From Marinobacterium sp. (lineage in GTDB: Bacteria; Pseudomonadota; Gammaproteobacteria; Pseudomonadales; Balneatricaceae), in the NCBI GenBank assembly GCA_041586815.1, contig JBFGZM010000001.1, forward strand, positions 1 through 42,912: a stretch of 42,912 nucleotides of DNA, in the 5' to 3' direction. Positions 17,238-28,344 of this stretch are shown here, in pieces (the first letter of the stretch is position 1; each line of letters begins with the position of its first letter). Below the pieces are notes generated by a model. The model saw nothing but the letters and a program-made list of their open reading frames with translations, did not search any database and was not told where the DNA came from. A program made the position numbers and the translations under genes.

Positions 17238-19130
17238 ATGGCGACACAATATACAGCCGAGGCGATTGAAGTCCTCAGTGGCCTGGACCCGGTAAAACGC
17301 CGGCCGGGCATGTACACCGAAACCGACCGCCCCAACCACCTGGCCCAGGAAGTGATCGACAACTCCGTCGATGAGGCCCTGGCCGGCCACGCCAAACAGG
17401 TTGATGTCGTCCTGCACAAGGATGGCTCCATGACCGTGAGTGATGATGGCCGCGGCATGCCGGTGGATATTCACCCCGAAGAGAAGGTCAGTGGCGTGGA
17501 ACTGATCCTTACGCGGCTGCACTCGGGCGGCAAGTTCAACAATGACAACTACCAGTACTCCGGCGGCCTGCACGGTGTCGGCGTCTCGGTGGTGAATGCC
17601 CTGTCGCGCCTGCTGGAAGTCCAGGTCAAGCGTGACGGCAACGTCTACCGCATTGGCTTTGCCGATGGCGACAAGGTTTCCGAGCTCGAAGTGGTCGACA
17701 GTTGCGGCAAGCGCAACACCGGCACCAGTCTTCGCTTCTCGCCGGACCCGAAATATTTCGACAGCCCGAAATTCAGCGTGCCGCGCCTCAAGCATGTGCT
17801 GCGCGCCAAGGCGGTGCTGTGCCCCGGGCTGCGGGTGACCTTTGTCGACCAGGGCGACGCCAAGGCGGACAAGGAAGAGTGGTATTACGAAGACGGCCTG
17901 GTGGCCTACCTCAAGGGCTCGACCCAGGTGTTCGAGGCGCTGCCGGCCGAGCCCTTCAGCGGCACTCTGGCCGGTGATGAAGATGCGGTGGAGTGGGCCG
18001 TGCAGTGGCTGGTGGACGGTGGCGACATGGTGGGCGAAAGTTACGTCAACCTGATTCCCACGGCCCAGGGCGGCACCCATGTGAACGGCTTTCGCACCGG
18101 CCTGCTGGAAGCCATGCGCGAGTTCTGCGAGTTCCGCAACCTGCTGCCCCGGGGCGTCAAGCTCAGCGCCGACGACGTGTGGGAGCGCTGCTGCTATATC
18201 CTCTCGGCCAAGATGCGGGACCCGCAGTTTGCCGGTCAGACCAAGGAACGGTTGTCATCGCGCAAGATTGCCGCCTTCATCTCCGGCGCCATCAAGGATT
18301 CATTCTCCCTCTGGCTCAACCGCCATGTGGAAGAGGGTGAACAGCTGGCGGAGCTGGTGATCAGCAACGCCCAGCGTCGCCTGAGATCCAACAAGAAGGT
18401 GGTGCGCAAGAAAGTCACCCAGGGCCCGGCGCTGCCCGGCAAGCTGGCGGACTGTTCCGGCGGCGATACCCTGCAGGGCGAGCTCTTCCTGGTGGAAGGG
18501 GACTCGGCCGGCGGCTCGGCCAAGCAGGCGCGGGACCGGGAGTTCCAGGCCATCATGCCGTTACGGGGCAAGATCCTGAATACCTGGGAAGTGGATTCCG
18601 GTGAAGTGCTGGGCTCCCAGGAAATTCACGATATTTCCGTTGCGATCGGCGTGGAACCGGGCTCCGAAAATCTCGAAGGCCTGCGCTACGGCAAGATCTG
18701 CATCCTCGCCGATGCCGACTCCGACGGTTTGCATATCGCCACCCTGCTGTGCGCGCTTTTCGTGCGTCATTTTCGCCCGCTGGTGGCCGCCGGTCATATC
18801 TATGTGGCGATGCCACCGCTGTTCCGTATCGACGTTGCCAAGGAAGTCTTCTATGCCCTGGACGAAGACGAGAAAAACGGCATCATCGAGCGCATCAGGG
18901 CCGAGCGCAAGAATGCCAAGATCGGCGTGCAGCGCTTCAAGGGGCTGGGCGAGATGAATCCGCTGCAGTTGCGTGAAACCACCATGGCGCCGGATACCCG
19001 CCGTCTGGTACAGCTCACCATTGAAGCGGATGACGAGACCAATGAAACCATGGACATGCTGCTGGCCAAAAAGCGCTCGCCGGATCGCAAAAACTGGCTC
19101 GAAATCAAGGGCAACCTGGCCGACATCTGA
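17238..19130 (+). CDS. parE: DNA topoisomerase IV subunit B
   Basis: LSGLDPVKRRPGMY, EVIDNSVDEA, GGLHGVG, EGDSAGGSAKQ, PLRGKILN, DADSDG, RFKGLGEMNP. Confidence 0.97.
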   Translation: MATQYTAEAIEVLSGLDPVKRRPGMYTETDRPNHLAQEVIDNSVDEALAGHAKQVDVVLHKDGSMTVSDDGRGMPVDIHPEEKVSGVELILTRLHSGGKFNNDNYQYSGGLHGVGVSVVNALSRLLEVQVKRDGNVYRIGFADGDKVSELEVVDSCGKRNTGTSLRFSPDPKYFDSPKFSVPRLKHVLRAKAVLCPGLRVTFVDQGDAKADKEEWYYEDGLVAYLKGSTQVFEALPAEPFSGTLAGDEDAVEWAVQWLVDGGDMVGESYVNLIPTAQGGTHVNGFRTGLLEAMREFCEFRNLLPRGVKLSADDVWERCCYILSAKMRDPQFAGQTKERLSSRKIAAFISGAIKDSFSLWLNRHVEEGEQLAELVISNAQRRLRSNKKVVRKKVTQGPALPGKLADCSGGDTLQGELFLVEGDSAGGSAKQARDREFQAIMPLRGKILNTWEVDSGEVLGSQEIHDISVAIGVEPGSENLEGLRYGKICILADADSDGLHIATLLCALFVRHFRPLVAAGHIYVAMPPLFRIDVAKEVFYALDEDEKNGIIERIRAERKNAKIGVQRFKGLGEMNPLQLRETTMAPDTRRLVQLTIEADDETNETMDMLLAKKRSPDRKNWLEIKGNLADI

Positions 19131-19147
19131 TGACGGGTGTCCGCACC

Positions 19148-19255
19148 CTGACGGAAGCTCAAGATGAGTACAGAAACCACGTTTGAAATCGGCATCGAAC
19201 GACTGTCGTTGAAAGACTTCAGCGAGAAGGCGTGGTTATGCTCAGTTCCATGTAC
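19148..19255 (+). pseudogene. Degenerate duplicate of the parC RBS region and first 23+ codons
   Basis: 19164 ATG reads [23 protein letters not shown] versus Par[24 protein letters not shown] (19342); 178-bp offset; frame shifts and stops at 19319. Confidence 0.85.
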
Positions 19256-19341
19256 TGATTTCCTGGCCGGGGTCCTGTGCAGGTTGAACGGGCTCCCAAG
19301 GGAACACTGGCGTTATTGATAGCCACTGACGGAATCAAGCA

Positions 19342-21597
19342 ATGAGTACAGAAACCACGTTTGAAAACGGCGTCGAACGACTGTCGTTGAAAGATTTCAG
19401 CGAGAAGGCCTACCTGGACTATTCCATGTACGTCATTCTCGACAGGGCGCTGCCGCATATCGGTGATGGCATGAAACCGGTGCAGCGCCGCATCGTCTAT
19501 GCCATGTCGGAACTGGGCCTCAAGGCCACGGCCAAGTACAAGAAGTCGGCCCGTACCGTGGGTGACGTGCTGGGCAAGTTTCACCCCCACGGCGACTCGG
19601 CCTGCTATGAAGCCATGGTGCTGATGGCGCAGCCGTTCAGCTATCGTTATCCGCTGGTCGATGGCCAGGGCAACTGGGGCTCCCCCGACGACCCCAAGTC
19701 CTTCGCCGCCATGCGTTACACCGAGTCGCGCCTGGCGCCCTACGCCGAGGTGCTGCTGCGCGAACTTGGTCAGGGCACGGTTGACTGGCTGCCCAACTTC
19801 GATGCGACCCTGCAGGAGCCGGCGGTACTGCCGGCGCGTCTGCCCAACGTGCTGCTCAACGGCACGACAGGCATCGCGGTGGGCATGGCGACGGATATTC
19901 CGCCGCACAACCTGCGCGAAGTGACCCAGGCGTGTCTGCATCTGCTGGATCACCCGACGGCGGATGTGCCGTCGCTATGCGAGTTTATTCCCGGGCCTGA
20001 CATGCCCACGGATGCCGAAATCGTCACCCCGCCCCAGGAGCTGCGCAAGCTGTATGAAACTGGCCGCGGCTCGGTGCGCATGCGCGCGGTCTATATCCGT
20101 GAGCAGGGGGAAATCGTGATCACGGCGCTGCCGCACCAGGTGTCAGGCGCCAAGATTCTGGAGCAGATCGCCGGCCAGATGCAGGCCAAGAAACTGCCGA
20201 TGGTGGCGGACCTGCGCGATGAGTCCGACCATGAAAACCCCACCCGCCTGGTGATCATTCCCCGCTCCAACCGCGTCGATATCGACCAGCTGATGGCACA
20301 CCTGTTCGCCTCCACCGATCTGGAGCGCAGCTACCGCGTCAACCTCAACATGATCGGTATCGACGGCCGTCCCCAGGTCAAGGACTTGCGGCAGATTCTC
20401 ACCGAATGGCTCAGCTGGCGCACCCAGGTGGTACGCCGCCGTTTGCAGCACCGCCTCGACAAGGTCATGGACCGGCTGCACCTGCTCGAAGGCCTGATGA
20501 TTGCCTACCTCAATATCGACGAGGTGATCGCCATTATCCGCTACGAGGAGGAGCCCAAGGCCGAGATGATCCGGCGCTTCAATATCAGTGAGCGCCAGGC
20601 CGAGGCGATTCTGGAGCTCAAGCTGCGCCACCTGGCCAAGCTCGAAGAATTCAAGATCCGTGCAGAGCAGGATGAGCTGGAAGCCGAGCGCAAGCGTATC
20701 GAGGAAATTCTGGGGTCTGACGCAAGGTTGCGCAAGCTGATCAAGCAGGAACTGACAGAAGACGCCAAGACCTACGGCGACGATCGCCGTTCACCCATCG
20801 TGCAGCGTAGCGAAGCCCAGGCATTCAGCGAGAAGGACCTGCTGAGTGCCGATCCCGTGACGGTGGTGATTTCCAAACAGGGCTGGATTCGTGCCGCCAA
20901 GGGTCACGATATCGATGCCGAGGGCCTGAGCTACAAGTCCGGCGACAGCTTCAAGCTGGCCTGTGCCGGGCGCATGAACCAGCCCACCCTGCTGCTGGAT
21001 TCTACCGGGCGCAGCTATACCCTGGACACCCACACACTGCCATCGGCGCGGGGACAGGGCGAACCGGTGACCAGCCACCTGTCGCTGCCCAAGGGGGCAA
21101 CCATCGAAGGCATGGTGTCGGGGCAGGACAATGATCGCATACTGCTGGCCTGTGACGCGGGTTATGGCTTTGTGGCCAAGGTATCGGATCTGAGCAGCAA
21201 GACCAAGAACGGCAAGGCGGCACTGACGCTGCCCGAAGCCAGCCAGACCCTGGCACCGATTCTGGTGAAAGATGCGGCGCGGGACCTGCTGGCGGCGGTG
21301 ACCAATGAAGGGCGACTGCTGGTGTTCGCGGTGGCGGATCTGCCGGAGCTGGCGCGTGGCAAGGGCAACAAAATTATCAATATTCCAGGCGCCCGGGCCA
21401 AGGCGCGGGAAGAGTATCTGACCGCGCTGGTCACGCTGGGGCCGGACGCAACCTTGCTGGTGCATGCCGGTCGCCAGCACCTGAAGCTCAGGGGGGCCGA
21501 GCTGGATCACTACCGTGGTGAGCGGGGTCGGCGTGGCAACAAGCTGCCCCGGGGGTACCAGCGGGTGGATCGTCTGGAGGCGGATGGCGGCGCTTAG
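19342..21597 (+). CDS. parC: DNA topoisomerase IV subunit A
   Basis: [40 protein letters not shown] (QRDR), AAMRYTE active-site Tyr. Confidence 0.97.
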   Translation: MSTETTFENGVERLSLKDFSEKAYLDYSMYVILDRALPHIGDGMKPVQRRIVYAMSELGLKATAKYKKSARTVGDVLGKFHPHGDSACYEAMVLMAQPFSYRYPLVDGQGNWGSPDDPKSFAAMRYTESRLAPYAEVLLRELGQGTVDWLPNFDATLQEPAVLPARLPNVLLNGTTGIAVGMATDIPPHNLREVTQACLHLLDHPTADVPSLCEFIPGPDMPTDAEIVTPPQELRKLYETGRGSVRMRAVYIREQGEIVITALPHQVSGAKILEQIAGQMQAKKLPMVADLRDESDHENPTRLVIIPRSNRVDIDQLMAHLFASTDLERSYRVNLNMIGIDGRPQVKDLRQILTEWLSWRTQVVRRRLQHRLDKVMDRLHLLEGLMIAYLNIDEVIAIIRYEEEPKAEMIRRFNISERQAEAILELKLRHLAKLEEFKIRAEQDELEAERKRIEEILGSDARLRKLIKQELTEDAKTYGDDRRSPIVQRSEAQAFSEKDLLSADPVTVVISKQGWIRAAKGHDIDAEGLSYKSGDSFKLACAGRMNQPTLLLDSTGRSYTLDTHTLPSARGQGEPVTSHLSLPKGATIEGMVSGQDNDRILLACDAGYGFVAKVSDLSSKTKNGKAALTLPEASQTLAPILVKDAARDLLAAVTNEGRLLVFAVADLPELARGKGNKIINIPGARAKAREEYLTALVTLGPDATLLVHAGRQHLKLRGAELDHYRGERGRRGNKLPRGYQRVDRLEADGGA

Positions 21598-21628
21598 CGG
21601 GCAAGTCCTGCAAGCGATCGGAATACGC

Positions 21629-21665
21629 AAAAGGCGCTGGCGACAGGATCGCCAGCGCCTTCTTG
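21629..21665. terminator. Probable bidirectional terminator between parC and the convergent gene
   Basis: aaggcgctggcga-cagga-tcgccagcgcctt 13-bp stem with A-rich and T-rich flanks. Confidence 0.8.
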
Positions 21666-21694
21666 CTGTCAGGGTCTGAAGGGGCGGGCCGGGT

Positions 21695-23374
21695 TCAGGC
21701 TGTCTTGCTGACCAGATGGCTGGCCTGGCGCTCCAGCAGTTCTTCGTAGTCCTCGCTCAGGCGATGGATCAGCACCTTGTCTTCATCTTCGCGGCGGATG
21801 TCGGCCTGTTCCAGCAGGTTGTCCTTCAGATCCGGTACTTCGGTGAGGGCGGTGTGACTGATCAGCTCGTTGCTCTGGGTGCTGCGGGTCAGAAACTGGG
21901 CCTCCTCCAGCATCAGATCCGGCTTGAGGCAGTTGCCGCGGACCAGTGCGATGTGCAGGTTCAGCACCGGCTGGAAATTGCGGATGCGGCGCTGATTGAA
22001 AGCCCGATACAGCAGGGTGAAGAGCTTGGCGGCGCAGAGCGCATTGGCACCGTGGGCATCGTCATCGGTGGGCTCGCGGAACCAGACGCGAAAATCGCCG
22101 TTTTCCTGTGGCAGGATGTCGCCACTGTAAATGCCGGCGATCTGGTGGGCGAACTGGCCGTATTGCGCCAACAGGTCCGCGCGTTCGGTTTCATCCACGT
22201 ACTCTGCATGGCCACTGGCGGCGTCTATCAGTATCAGGTAGCAGGCTTCGTGGGGCTCCAGTATCAGCTCCAGTTCGTGCTCCAGACTGTAGAGTCCCAA
22301 CTGGGTTTCGGCTCGCTCGCGCAGGGGGTTGGGTGCGCTCGGCCGCGGTGGCTCGGCGGCGGGTTCGTCGTCAAATTCCAGTTCCTCGTCAATAAAACGG
22401 GGTTCCTGGTGGCGCTCATGATCTTCGGACTGCGGTGCCGAGGGGGTGAAGCGCGGCATCAGCCGTTCCTTTACCGGGCGCAGCAAATCCAGCAGTCCTT
22501 CGAAGCCGGCGTCTTCCCGGGTTGGGCGTGCGCCGGCTGATTTGTCCGGATTTTCCGTCTCGTTGTCTTCGGGCTCAGACTCTTCGTATTCACGCTCATC
22601 CGTCGGGTACTGATAGTCCTCCGGACTGGCCCGGGAGGCGTCTGCGTCTTCCGGCGGGAAGGTGTAGTTATCCTGAGCGGCAACTGTCTCGTTCTCGGCG
22701 GTTGCACCATCGCCCGTCTGAGGCCCGCCTGCATCCACTCCGGTGTCTGTATTGTCCAAAGCCGGTTCTGTCAGGCTGCTGTCTGTCTGTTCATCCTCGG
22801 CGACGCGGTCCTCGTTCAGGACTTTGGCAGTGTCAGGCTCCTGTGCCTGTTCGCGCGGGGGGCGGGCGTGCAGTGCCACGGCCAGGGTCAGCAACGCCAC
22901 CAGAGCGCTGCCCAGCCAGAGCAATGCCACCAGAGTGATCTGTTCCAGTCGCTGCTCCCGGGCGGGGGCCGGGTCCAGCCAGAACAGCATGCGGCCAAGG
23001 TTTTGCTGCTCGCGCTCGAGTACCAGCTCACGCTCCAGCGGACCTTCGGTGTCGCCGCTGCGGGCCACCAGTTCGCTGGTATGGTCATAGAGGGCAATGC
23101 CGCGCACCTCCGGCTGATCACCCAATTCGTTGACCAGGTAGTTCAGGCTGACCCGGTCATCGGCCAGCAGCAGCGGTTGTAACAGTACCGCGGACTGGCG
23201 CATCAGCTTGTCGCCGGCACTCAGGGTCTGCGCCTGGGCGTCCCGGCTGGCACTGAACCACAGGTAGGCGCTGCTGAGCAGCAGGCCACAGGTCAGGATC
23301 AGTGCCAGTTGCACCAGCAGGCGACGACGCAATGAGGCGGGAATGGCGGTAACGGGGTGCTGGACTGCGGACAT
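21695..23374 (-). CDS. AhpA/YtjB-like inner-membrane protein with long acidic linker and degenerate nucleotidyl-cyclase-like C-terminal domain
   Basis: Two TM segments flanking LLADDRVSLNYLVNEL...VRGIALYD...VARSG; D/E/P-rich linker; cyclase-like tail; start taken at ATG 23374. Confidence 0.7.
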   Translation of the reverse strand: MSAVQHPVTAIPASLRRRLLVQLALILTCGLLLSSAYLWFSASRDAQAQTLSAGDKLMRQSAVLLQPLLLADDRVSLNYLVNELGDQPEVRGIALYDHTSELVARSGDTEGPLERELVLEREQQNLGRMLFWLDPAPAREQRLEQITLVALLWLGSALVALLTLAVALHARPPREQAQEPDTAKVLNEDRVAEDEQTDSSLTEPALDNTDTGVDAGGPQTGDGATAENETVAAQDNYTFPPEDADASRASPEDYQYPTDEREYEESEPEDNETENPDKSAGARPTREDAGFEGLLDLLRPVKERLMPRFTPSAPQSEDHERHQEPRFIDEELEFDDEPAAEPPRPSAPNPLRERAETQLGLYSLEHELELILEPHEACYLILIDAASGHAEYVDETERADLLAQYGQFAHQIAGIYSGDILPQENGDFRVWFREPTDDDAHGANALCAAKLFTLLYRAFNQRRIRNFQPVLNLHIALVRGNCLKPDLMLEEAQFLTRSTQSNELISHTALTEVPDLKDNLLEQADIRREDEDKVLIHRLSEDYEELLERQASHLVSKTA

Positions 23375-23544
23375 AGTGGGCTGGGGTATCCGGGGCACGT
23401 GGAAATGGGACGAAACCGATCATAGCAGCTCAACCGGGGCCGGCACAGTGTCGCCGAACGGCATGTTGCCGCGGGCGAACAGGCTATTTTGCCCTCTGGC
23501 TGCTCCGATTGGAGGAAGGCGGGAAGCAAAAGTGAAATCCTTAC

Positions 23545-23574
23545 ATGCAACAATCGGGTTCCGGACGGTATAAT
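23545..23574 (+). promoter_or_regulatory. Putative sigma70 promoter for the proA-lipA cluster
   Basis: TATAAT at 23569-23574 with weak ATGCAA -35; about 33 nt before the proA ATG. Confidence 0.5.
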
Positions 23575-23607
23575 GCGCAGGTTAACGACCGGAGCTAAGG
23601 GCAGGGC

Positions 23608-24864
23608 ATGAACGTAGAGGCATACATGATCGAGCTGGGTCAGCGTGCACGCGAGGCGTCGCGGCTGATGGCGCGGGCCGACACCGGCATCAAGGACAAG
23701 GCGCTGCTGTATATGGCCGAGGCCATCGAAGCGGCGCGCGACAGCCTGGTCAATGCGAATCAGCAGGATCTGGAACAGGGTCGGGCCAGTGGTCTGGATG
23801 CAGCCATGCTGGATCGTCTGGAGCTGACACCGGCACGCATCGACACCATGATCGAGGGTCTGCGTCAGGTCGCCACCCTGGCGGACCCGATTGGCGGCAT
23901 TACCGACATGAACTACCGCCCCAGCGGGATTCAGATTGGCAAGATGCGCGTGCCGCTCGGCGTAATCGGCATCATCTATGAGTCGCGTCCCAATGTAACG
24001 GTCGAGGCGGCAAGCCTGTGCCTGAAGTCCGGCAACGCCGCCATTCTGCGTGGTGGCTCCGAGTCGATTCATTCCAACCAGGCGATTGCGGCCTGCATTG
24101 CTGCCGGTTTGAAACGGGCCGGCCTGCCGCAGACCGCGGTGCAGGTGGTGGAAACCACCGACCGTGCCGCCGTGGGCCAGCTGATCACCATGCCGGAGTA
24201 TGTCGACGTTATCGTGCCCCGTGGCGGCAAGGGGCTGATCGAGCGGGTCAGCCGAGATGCACGGGTGCCGGTGATCAAACACCTGGACGGTATCTGCCAC
24301 GTCTTTATCGACAGCGAGGCAGACAAGTCCAAGGCCATCAATATCGCCATCAATGCCAAGACACACCGCTACGGCACCTGCAACACCATGGAAACCCTGC
24401 TTGTCGACAGCAGTGTGGCCGCCGCGGTGCTGCCGGAGCTGGCCGGCGCCTATGAACAGGCTGGTGTTGAGCTGCGCGGCTGCGAACGCACCCGCAAGCT
24501 GCTGCCGCAGATAGTGGCGGCAACGCAGGAAGACTGGTCCACCGAATACCTGGCCCCCATCCTGGCGATCCGCGTGCTGGACGGCATGGATGAGGCCATC
24601 AGTCATATCAACCATTATGGATCCCACCATACCGATGCCATCGTGACCGAAAACTACACCAAGTCACGGCGTTTTCTGCGGGAGGTGGATTCCAGCTCGG
24701 TGATGGTCAATGCCTCCACGCGCTTTGCCGATGGCTTCGAATACGGTCTGGGGGCCGAAATCGGCATCTCCACCGACAAGATTCATGCGAGGGGACCGGT
24801 CGGTCTGGAAGGGCTGACATCGCAGAAATACGTGGTGCTGGGTGATGGTCATATCCGTAGTTAG
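23608..24864 (+). CDS. proA: Gamma-glutamyl phosphate reductase
   Basis: [57 protein letters not shown]...HARGPVGL. Confidence 0.97.
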   Translation: MNVEAYMIELGQRAREASRLMARADTGIKDKALLYMAEAIEAARDSLVNANQQDLEQGRASGLDAAMLDRLELTPARIDTMIEGLRQVATLADPIGGITDMNYRPSGIQIGKMRVPLGVIGIIYESRPNVTVEAASLCLKSGNAAILRGGSESIHSNQAIAACIAAGLKRAGLPQTAVQVVETTDRAAVGQLITMPEYVDVIVPRGGKGLIERVSRDARVPVIKHLDGICHVFIDSEADKSKAINIAINAKTHRYGTCNTMETLLVDSSVAAAVLPELAGAYEQAGVELRGCERTRKLLPQIVAATQEDWSTEYLAPILAIRVLDGMDEAISHINHYGSHHTDAIVTENYTKSRRFLREVDSSSVMVNASTRFADGFEYGLGAEIGISTDKIHARGPVGLEGLTSQKYVVLGDGHIRS

Positions 24865-24870
24865 GCGGAC

Positions 24871-25539
24871 ATGAGCGCCATCCGGCCTGCGGATGCCCTG
24901 GTTTTCATGGGTGGTACCTTCGACCCCGTGCACAATGGTCACCTGCGCACCGCGCTTGAGATCCAGCAGTGGATGGGAGTGGAGCAGGTCTGCCTGATTC
25001 CGTCGAACACCCCGGTGCACCGCGAGCAGCCTGGCTGCTCGCCGGCGCAGCGCCTGGCCATGGTGCGCCTGGCGGTGGAGCACGAACCGGCCCTGCGGGT
25101 CGATGCACGGGAAGTACTGTCGGACAAACCCTCCTACAGCCTGCTGACGCTGCAATCCTTGCGGGCCGAAATCGGGCCCGACCGGCCACTGTGCATGGTG
25201 CTGGGTATGGACGCCTACCTCGGGCTGGCCAGCTGGCATGGCTGGGAACAGCTGTTGGACTACTGCCACATCATCGTGGTGTGCCGGCCCGGTTACGTCT
25301 ACGAGCCGGATGAGCGGATGAGTCGTTTTCGCCGTGCGCATGAAACCCGGTCGCTGGGGACCGTGCTGGGATCGCCCTGTGGTCGCGTGCTGATGCACGA
25401 GCTGACGCCACTGAGCATTTCAGCCACCCAGATTCGCCAGCTGGTGGCGAAGGGGCTGTCGCCCCGTTACCTGTGTCCGGACCCCGTCTGGCACTATATG
25501 CAACACCACAACCTTTACGCGATTAAAGAGGATAGTTAA
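24871..25539 (+). CDS. nadD: Nicotinate-nucleotide adenylyltransferase
   Basis: GGTFDPVHNGH, GMDAY...WHGW, ISATQIR. Confidence 0.95.
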   Translation: MSAIRPADALVFMGGTFDPVHNGHLRTALEIQQWMGVEQVCLIPSNTPVHREQPGCSPAQRLAMVRLAVEHEPALRVDAREVLSDKPSYSLLTLQSLRAEIGPDRPLCMVLGMDAYLGLASWHGWEQLLDYCHIIVVCRPGYVYEPDERMSRFRRAHETRSLGTVLGSPCGRVLMHELTPLSISATQIRQLVAKGLSPRYLCPDPVWHYMQHHNLYAIKEDS

Positions 25540-25545
25540 CCGAAG

Positions 25546-25887
25546 ATGCGGACTGATCAACTGGTCACACTGGCGCAAACCGCGCTGGAAGATATGAAAG
25601 CCAAAGATGTCGTACTGCTGGATGTGCAGGGCAAGTCCAGCGTGACAGACTTCATGCTGATCGCCAGCGGAACCTCCCATCGCCATGTGAACTCCATTTC
25701 CCAGGAAGTGATCGAGAAGGCGAAAGAGGCGGGTGTGATGCCACTGGGTACCGAAGGACAGACCGTCGGTGACTGGGTACTGGTGGATCTGGGCGACATT
25801 GTTGTCCATGTCATGATGCCGGATGCCCGCAGTTTCTACGACCTGGAACGGCTGTGGAGCTTCGACGCGGCGCAGGCAGCAGAGTAA
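25546..25887 (+). CDS. rsfS: Ribosome silencing factor
   Basis: [33 protein letters not shown]...FYDLERLW. Confidence 0.95.
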   Translation: MRTDQLVTLAQTALEDMKAKDVVLLDVQGKSSVTDFMLIASGTSHRHVNSISQEVIEKAKEAGVMPLGTEGQTVGDWVLVDLGDIVVHVMMPDARSFYDLERLWSFDAAQAAE

Positions 25888-25892
25888 CGGCG

Positions 25893-26360
25893 ATGAAAGT
25901 ACGTCTGATTGCCATTGGTGGCAAGATGCCGAACTGGGTGACCCAGGGCTACGATGAGTATGCCAAGCGGCTGCCGTCGGACCTGACGCTGGAACTGGTG
26001 GAGTTGCCCCTGGGCCACCGGGGCAAGGGCGCGGATCTTGCCCGGGCCAAGCGTCAGGAGGGCGATCAGATGCTGGCGGCCATTCCCAGGGGTGACCTGG
26101 TGGTGGCGCTGGAGGTCGAAGGCCGCAACTGGTCGACCGAACAGCTGGCCTCGAACATGGAAGGCTGGCGCATGGAGGGTCGCAATGTCTCCTTGCTGAT
26201 TGGCGGTCCGGACGGCCTGGATGCCCGCTGCAGTGCGGCGGCTGATCAGCGCTGGTCGCTGTCGGCACTGACGCTGCCCCATCCGCTGGTACGGGTGCTG
26301 CTGGCTGAGCAGCTTTACCGTGCCTGTACCATTTTGCAGGGTCACCCCTACCACAAATAG
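25893..26360 (+). CDS. rlmH: 23S rRNA m3-pseudouridine1915 methyltransferase
   Basis: [32 protein letters not shown]...GHPYHK. Confidence 0.95.
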   Translation: MKVRLIAIGGKMPNWVTQGYDEYAKRLPSDLTLELVELPLGHRGKGADLARAKRQEGDQMLAAIPRGDLVVALEVEGRNWSTEQLASNMEGWRMEGRNVSLLIGGPDGLDARCSAAADQRWSLSALTLPHPLVRVLLAEQLYRACTILQGHPYHK

Positions 26361-26367
26361 CGACTCC

Positions 26368-28290
26368 ATGGCCTTCGAACGCTTCAAGGATTACAGCCAG
26401 GAAAGCCGCACCTTTGGTGCACGGGCAATGCTGGCCTTTGTGCTGGTGCTGGTGCTGGTGTCGGTGCTGGTCGGGCGACTCTACTTTCTGCAGGTGGTGC
26501 AGTATGACCGCTATGCCGCCATGTCTGAGGATAACCGGGTGCATTTGCAGCCGGTGGCGCCCACCCGGGGCCTCATCTATGACCGCAATGGTGTGCTGCT
26601 GGCCGAAAACCGCCCCAGTTACAGCGTTACGGTGCTCAAGGAGGAGGTACGGGACCTTGAGGGAACGCTGGAGATCCTCAAGCAGCTGATTCCCATTACC
26701 GAGTCCGAACTGGAGCGTTTTGACAAGCGTTACCGCCAGCGACGCCGGCCGTTCGAGACGGTGCCGGTTCGCTTTCGTCTTACCGAACCTGAAATTGCCC
26801 GCATTGCGGTCAACTACCACCGTCTGCCGGGGGTGCAGGTTGAAGCCGATCTGATCCGCTATTACCCCCATGGCGAAGCCGTGGTGCATGCGCTGGGCTA
26901 TGTCGGACGTATCAACGAGGCCGAACTGCAGCGGGTAGAGGCCAACAACTACGCCGCCACACACTATATCGGCAAACTGGGTATCGAAAAATTCTACGAG
27001 CCGCAGCTCCATGGGCAGGTGGGCTTTCAGAAAGTCGAAACCAACGCCCGGGGCCGTGTGCTGCGTGTGCTGGAGCGGGTCGACCCGGTACCGGGGGATG
27101 ACCTGGTGCTGAGTCTCGACCTGCGGCTGCAACAGATTACCGAGCGACTGATCGATGGCCGCAAGGCCTCGGTGGTGGCGATCGACCCCAAGACGGGGGG
27201 TATTCTGGCGCTGGTGAGCGAGCCGGGCTATGACCCCAACCTGTTTGTTACCGGCATTTCGACCAAGGATTACAGCGCGCTGCGGGACTCGCCTGATCTG
27301 CCGCTGTTCAACCGGGCGCTGCGTGGCGGTTACCCGCCGGGCTCGACCATCAAGCCGGTGATTGCCCTGGCAGCGCTGGATTCTGGCACGGTATCACCGT
27401 CACACACGGTGTGGGATCCGGGCTTCTTTACGCTCAGCCAGGGCGGACGGCGCTACCGTGACTGGAAGCGCAGCGGTCATGGCCGGGTGGATCTGAATCT
27501 GGCGCTGGCCCAGTCCTGCGATGTCTGGTTCTACGATGTGGGCTACCGCATGGGGGTGGACAAGATGTCGGATTACCTGGGGCGTTTTGGCTTCGGGGAT
27601 GTCACCAGCCTGGATCTGCCCGAAGCAGTGCCGGCGGTACTGCCTTCCAAGGAATGGAAACGCAATGCCCGCAATCGTCCCTGGTACCCCGGGGACTCGG
27701 TCAACCTGAGTATCGGTCAGGGGTTCTTTGTCGCTACGCCGCTGCAGCTGGCTACAGCCGCCACGGTGCTGGCGAATCGCGGCAGCTGGGTGCAGCCCAG
27801 GCTGTTGCAGGGGGTACGCACCGCCGCTGAAAATGGCGATATCAATATCGCCATGCCGCTGATGGCCGATGCCAAGGCCGTACCCGCGGACGTGATCGTC
27901 AAGTCCGATGCCTACTGGCAGCAGGTCATCAAGGGCATGGTGGATGTCATGCACGGTGAACGAGGCACGGCCCGCAAGGCGGGGGAAGACTCCAGCTATA
28001 TTATTGCGGGCAAGACCGGTACGGCCCAGGTGGTAGGTATCAAGCAGGATGAGCGTTACGATGCCTCCAAGCTGTCAGAGCGCAACCGCGACCATGCCCT
28101 CTTTGTCGCCTTTGCTCCGGTGGATGATCCCCAGATCGCAGTAGCCGTGGTGGTGGAAAATGGTGGTGGTGGCTCCAGTACCGCGGCACCCATTGCCCGC
28201 CAGGTGATGGATGCCTGGTTGCTGGGAATTGATCCCAGTGCTGACCCCATGCCGGAAGAGCTGCTGCAGGAAGCGGAGGTATCGCGATGA
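26368..28290 (+). CDS. mrdA: Penicillin-binding protein 2
   Basis: N-terminal TM, PTRGLIYDRNG, PGSTIK (SxxK), SCD (SxD), KTGTAQ. Confidence 0.96.
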   Translation: MAFERFKDYSQESRTFGARAMLAFVLVLVLVSVLVGRLYFLQVVQYDRYAAMSEDNRVHLQPVAPTRGLIYDRNGVLLAENRPSYSVTVLKEEVRDLEGTLEILKQLIPITESELERFDKRYRQRRRPFETVPVRFRLTEPEIARIAVNYHRLPGVQVEADLIRYYPHGEAVVHALGYVGRINEAELQRVEANNYAATHYIGKLGIEKFYEPQLHGQVGFQKVETNARGRVLRVLERVDPVPGDDLVLSLDLRLQQITERLIDGRKASVVAIDPKTGGILALVSEPGYDPNLFVTGISTKDYSALRDSPDLPLFNRALRGGYPPGSTIKPVIALAALDSGTVSPSHTVWDPGFFTLSQGGRRYRDWKRSGHGRVDLNLALAQSCDVWFYDVGYRMGVDKMSDYLGRFGFGDVTSLDLPEAVPAVLPSKEWKRNARNRPWYPGDSVNLSIGQGFFVATPLQLATAATVLANRGSWVQPRLLQGVRTAAENGDINIAMPLMADAKAVPADVIVKSDAYWQQVIKGMVDVMHGERGTARKAGEDSSYIIAGKTGTAQVVGIKQDERYDASKLSERNRDHALFVAFAPVDDPQIAVAVVVENGGGGSSTAAPIARQVMDAWLLGIDPSADPMPEELLQEAEVSR

Positions 28291-28344
28291 AACCTGGGTT
28301 TGCGTTGTTGTACCCGCGAGGCGTGGTTGCCTGGAGGAACGGTT

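Noticed and set aside
26440-26460. (GTGCTG)3 repeat in mrdA
   Set aside because: In-frame Val-Leu codons of the TM helix; too short for phase variation
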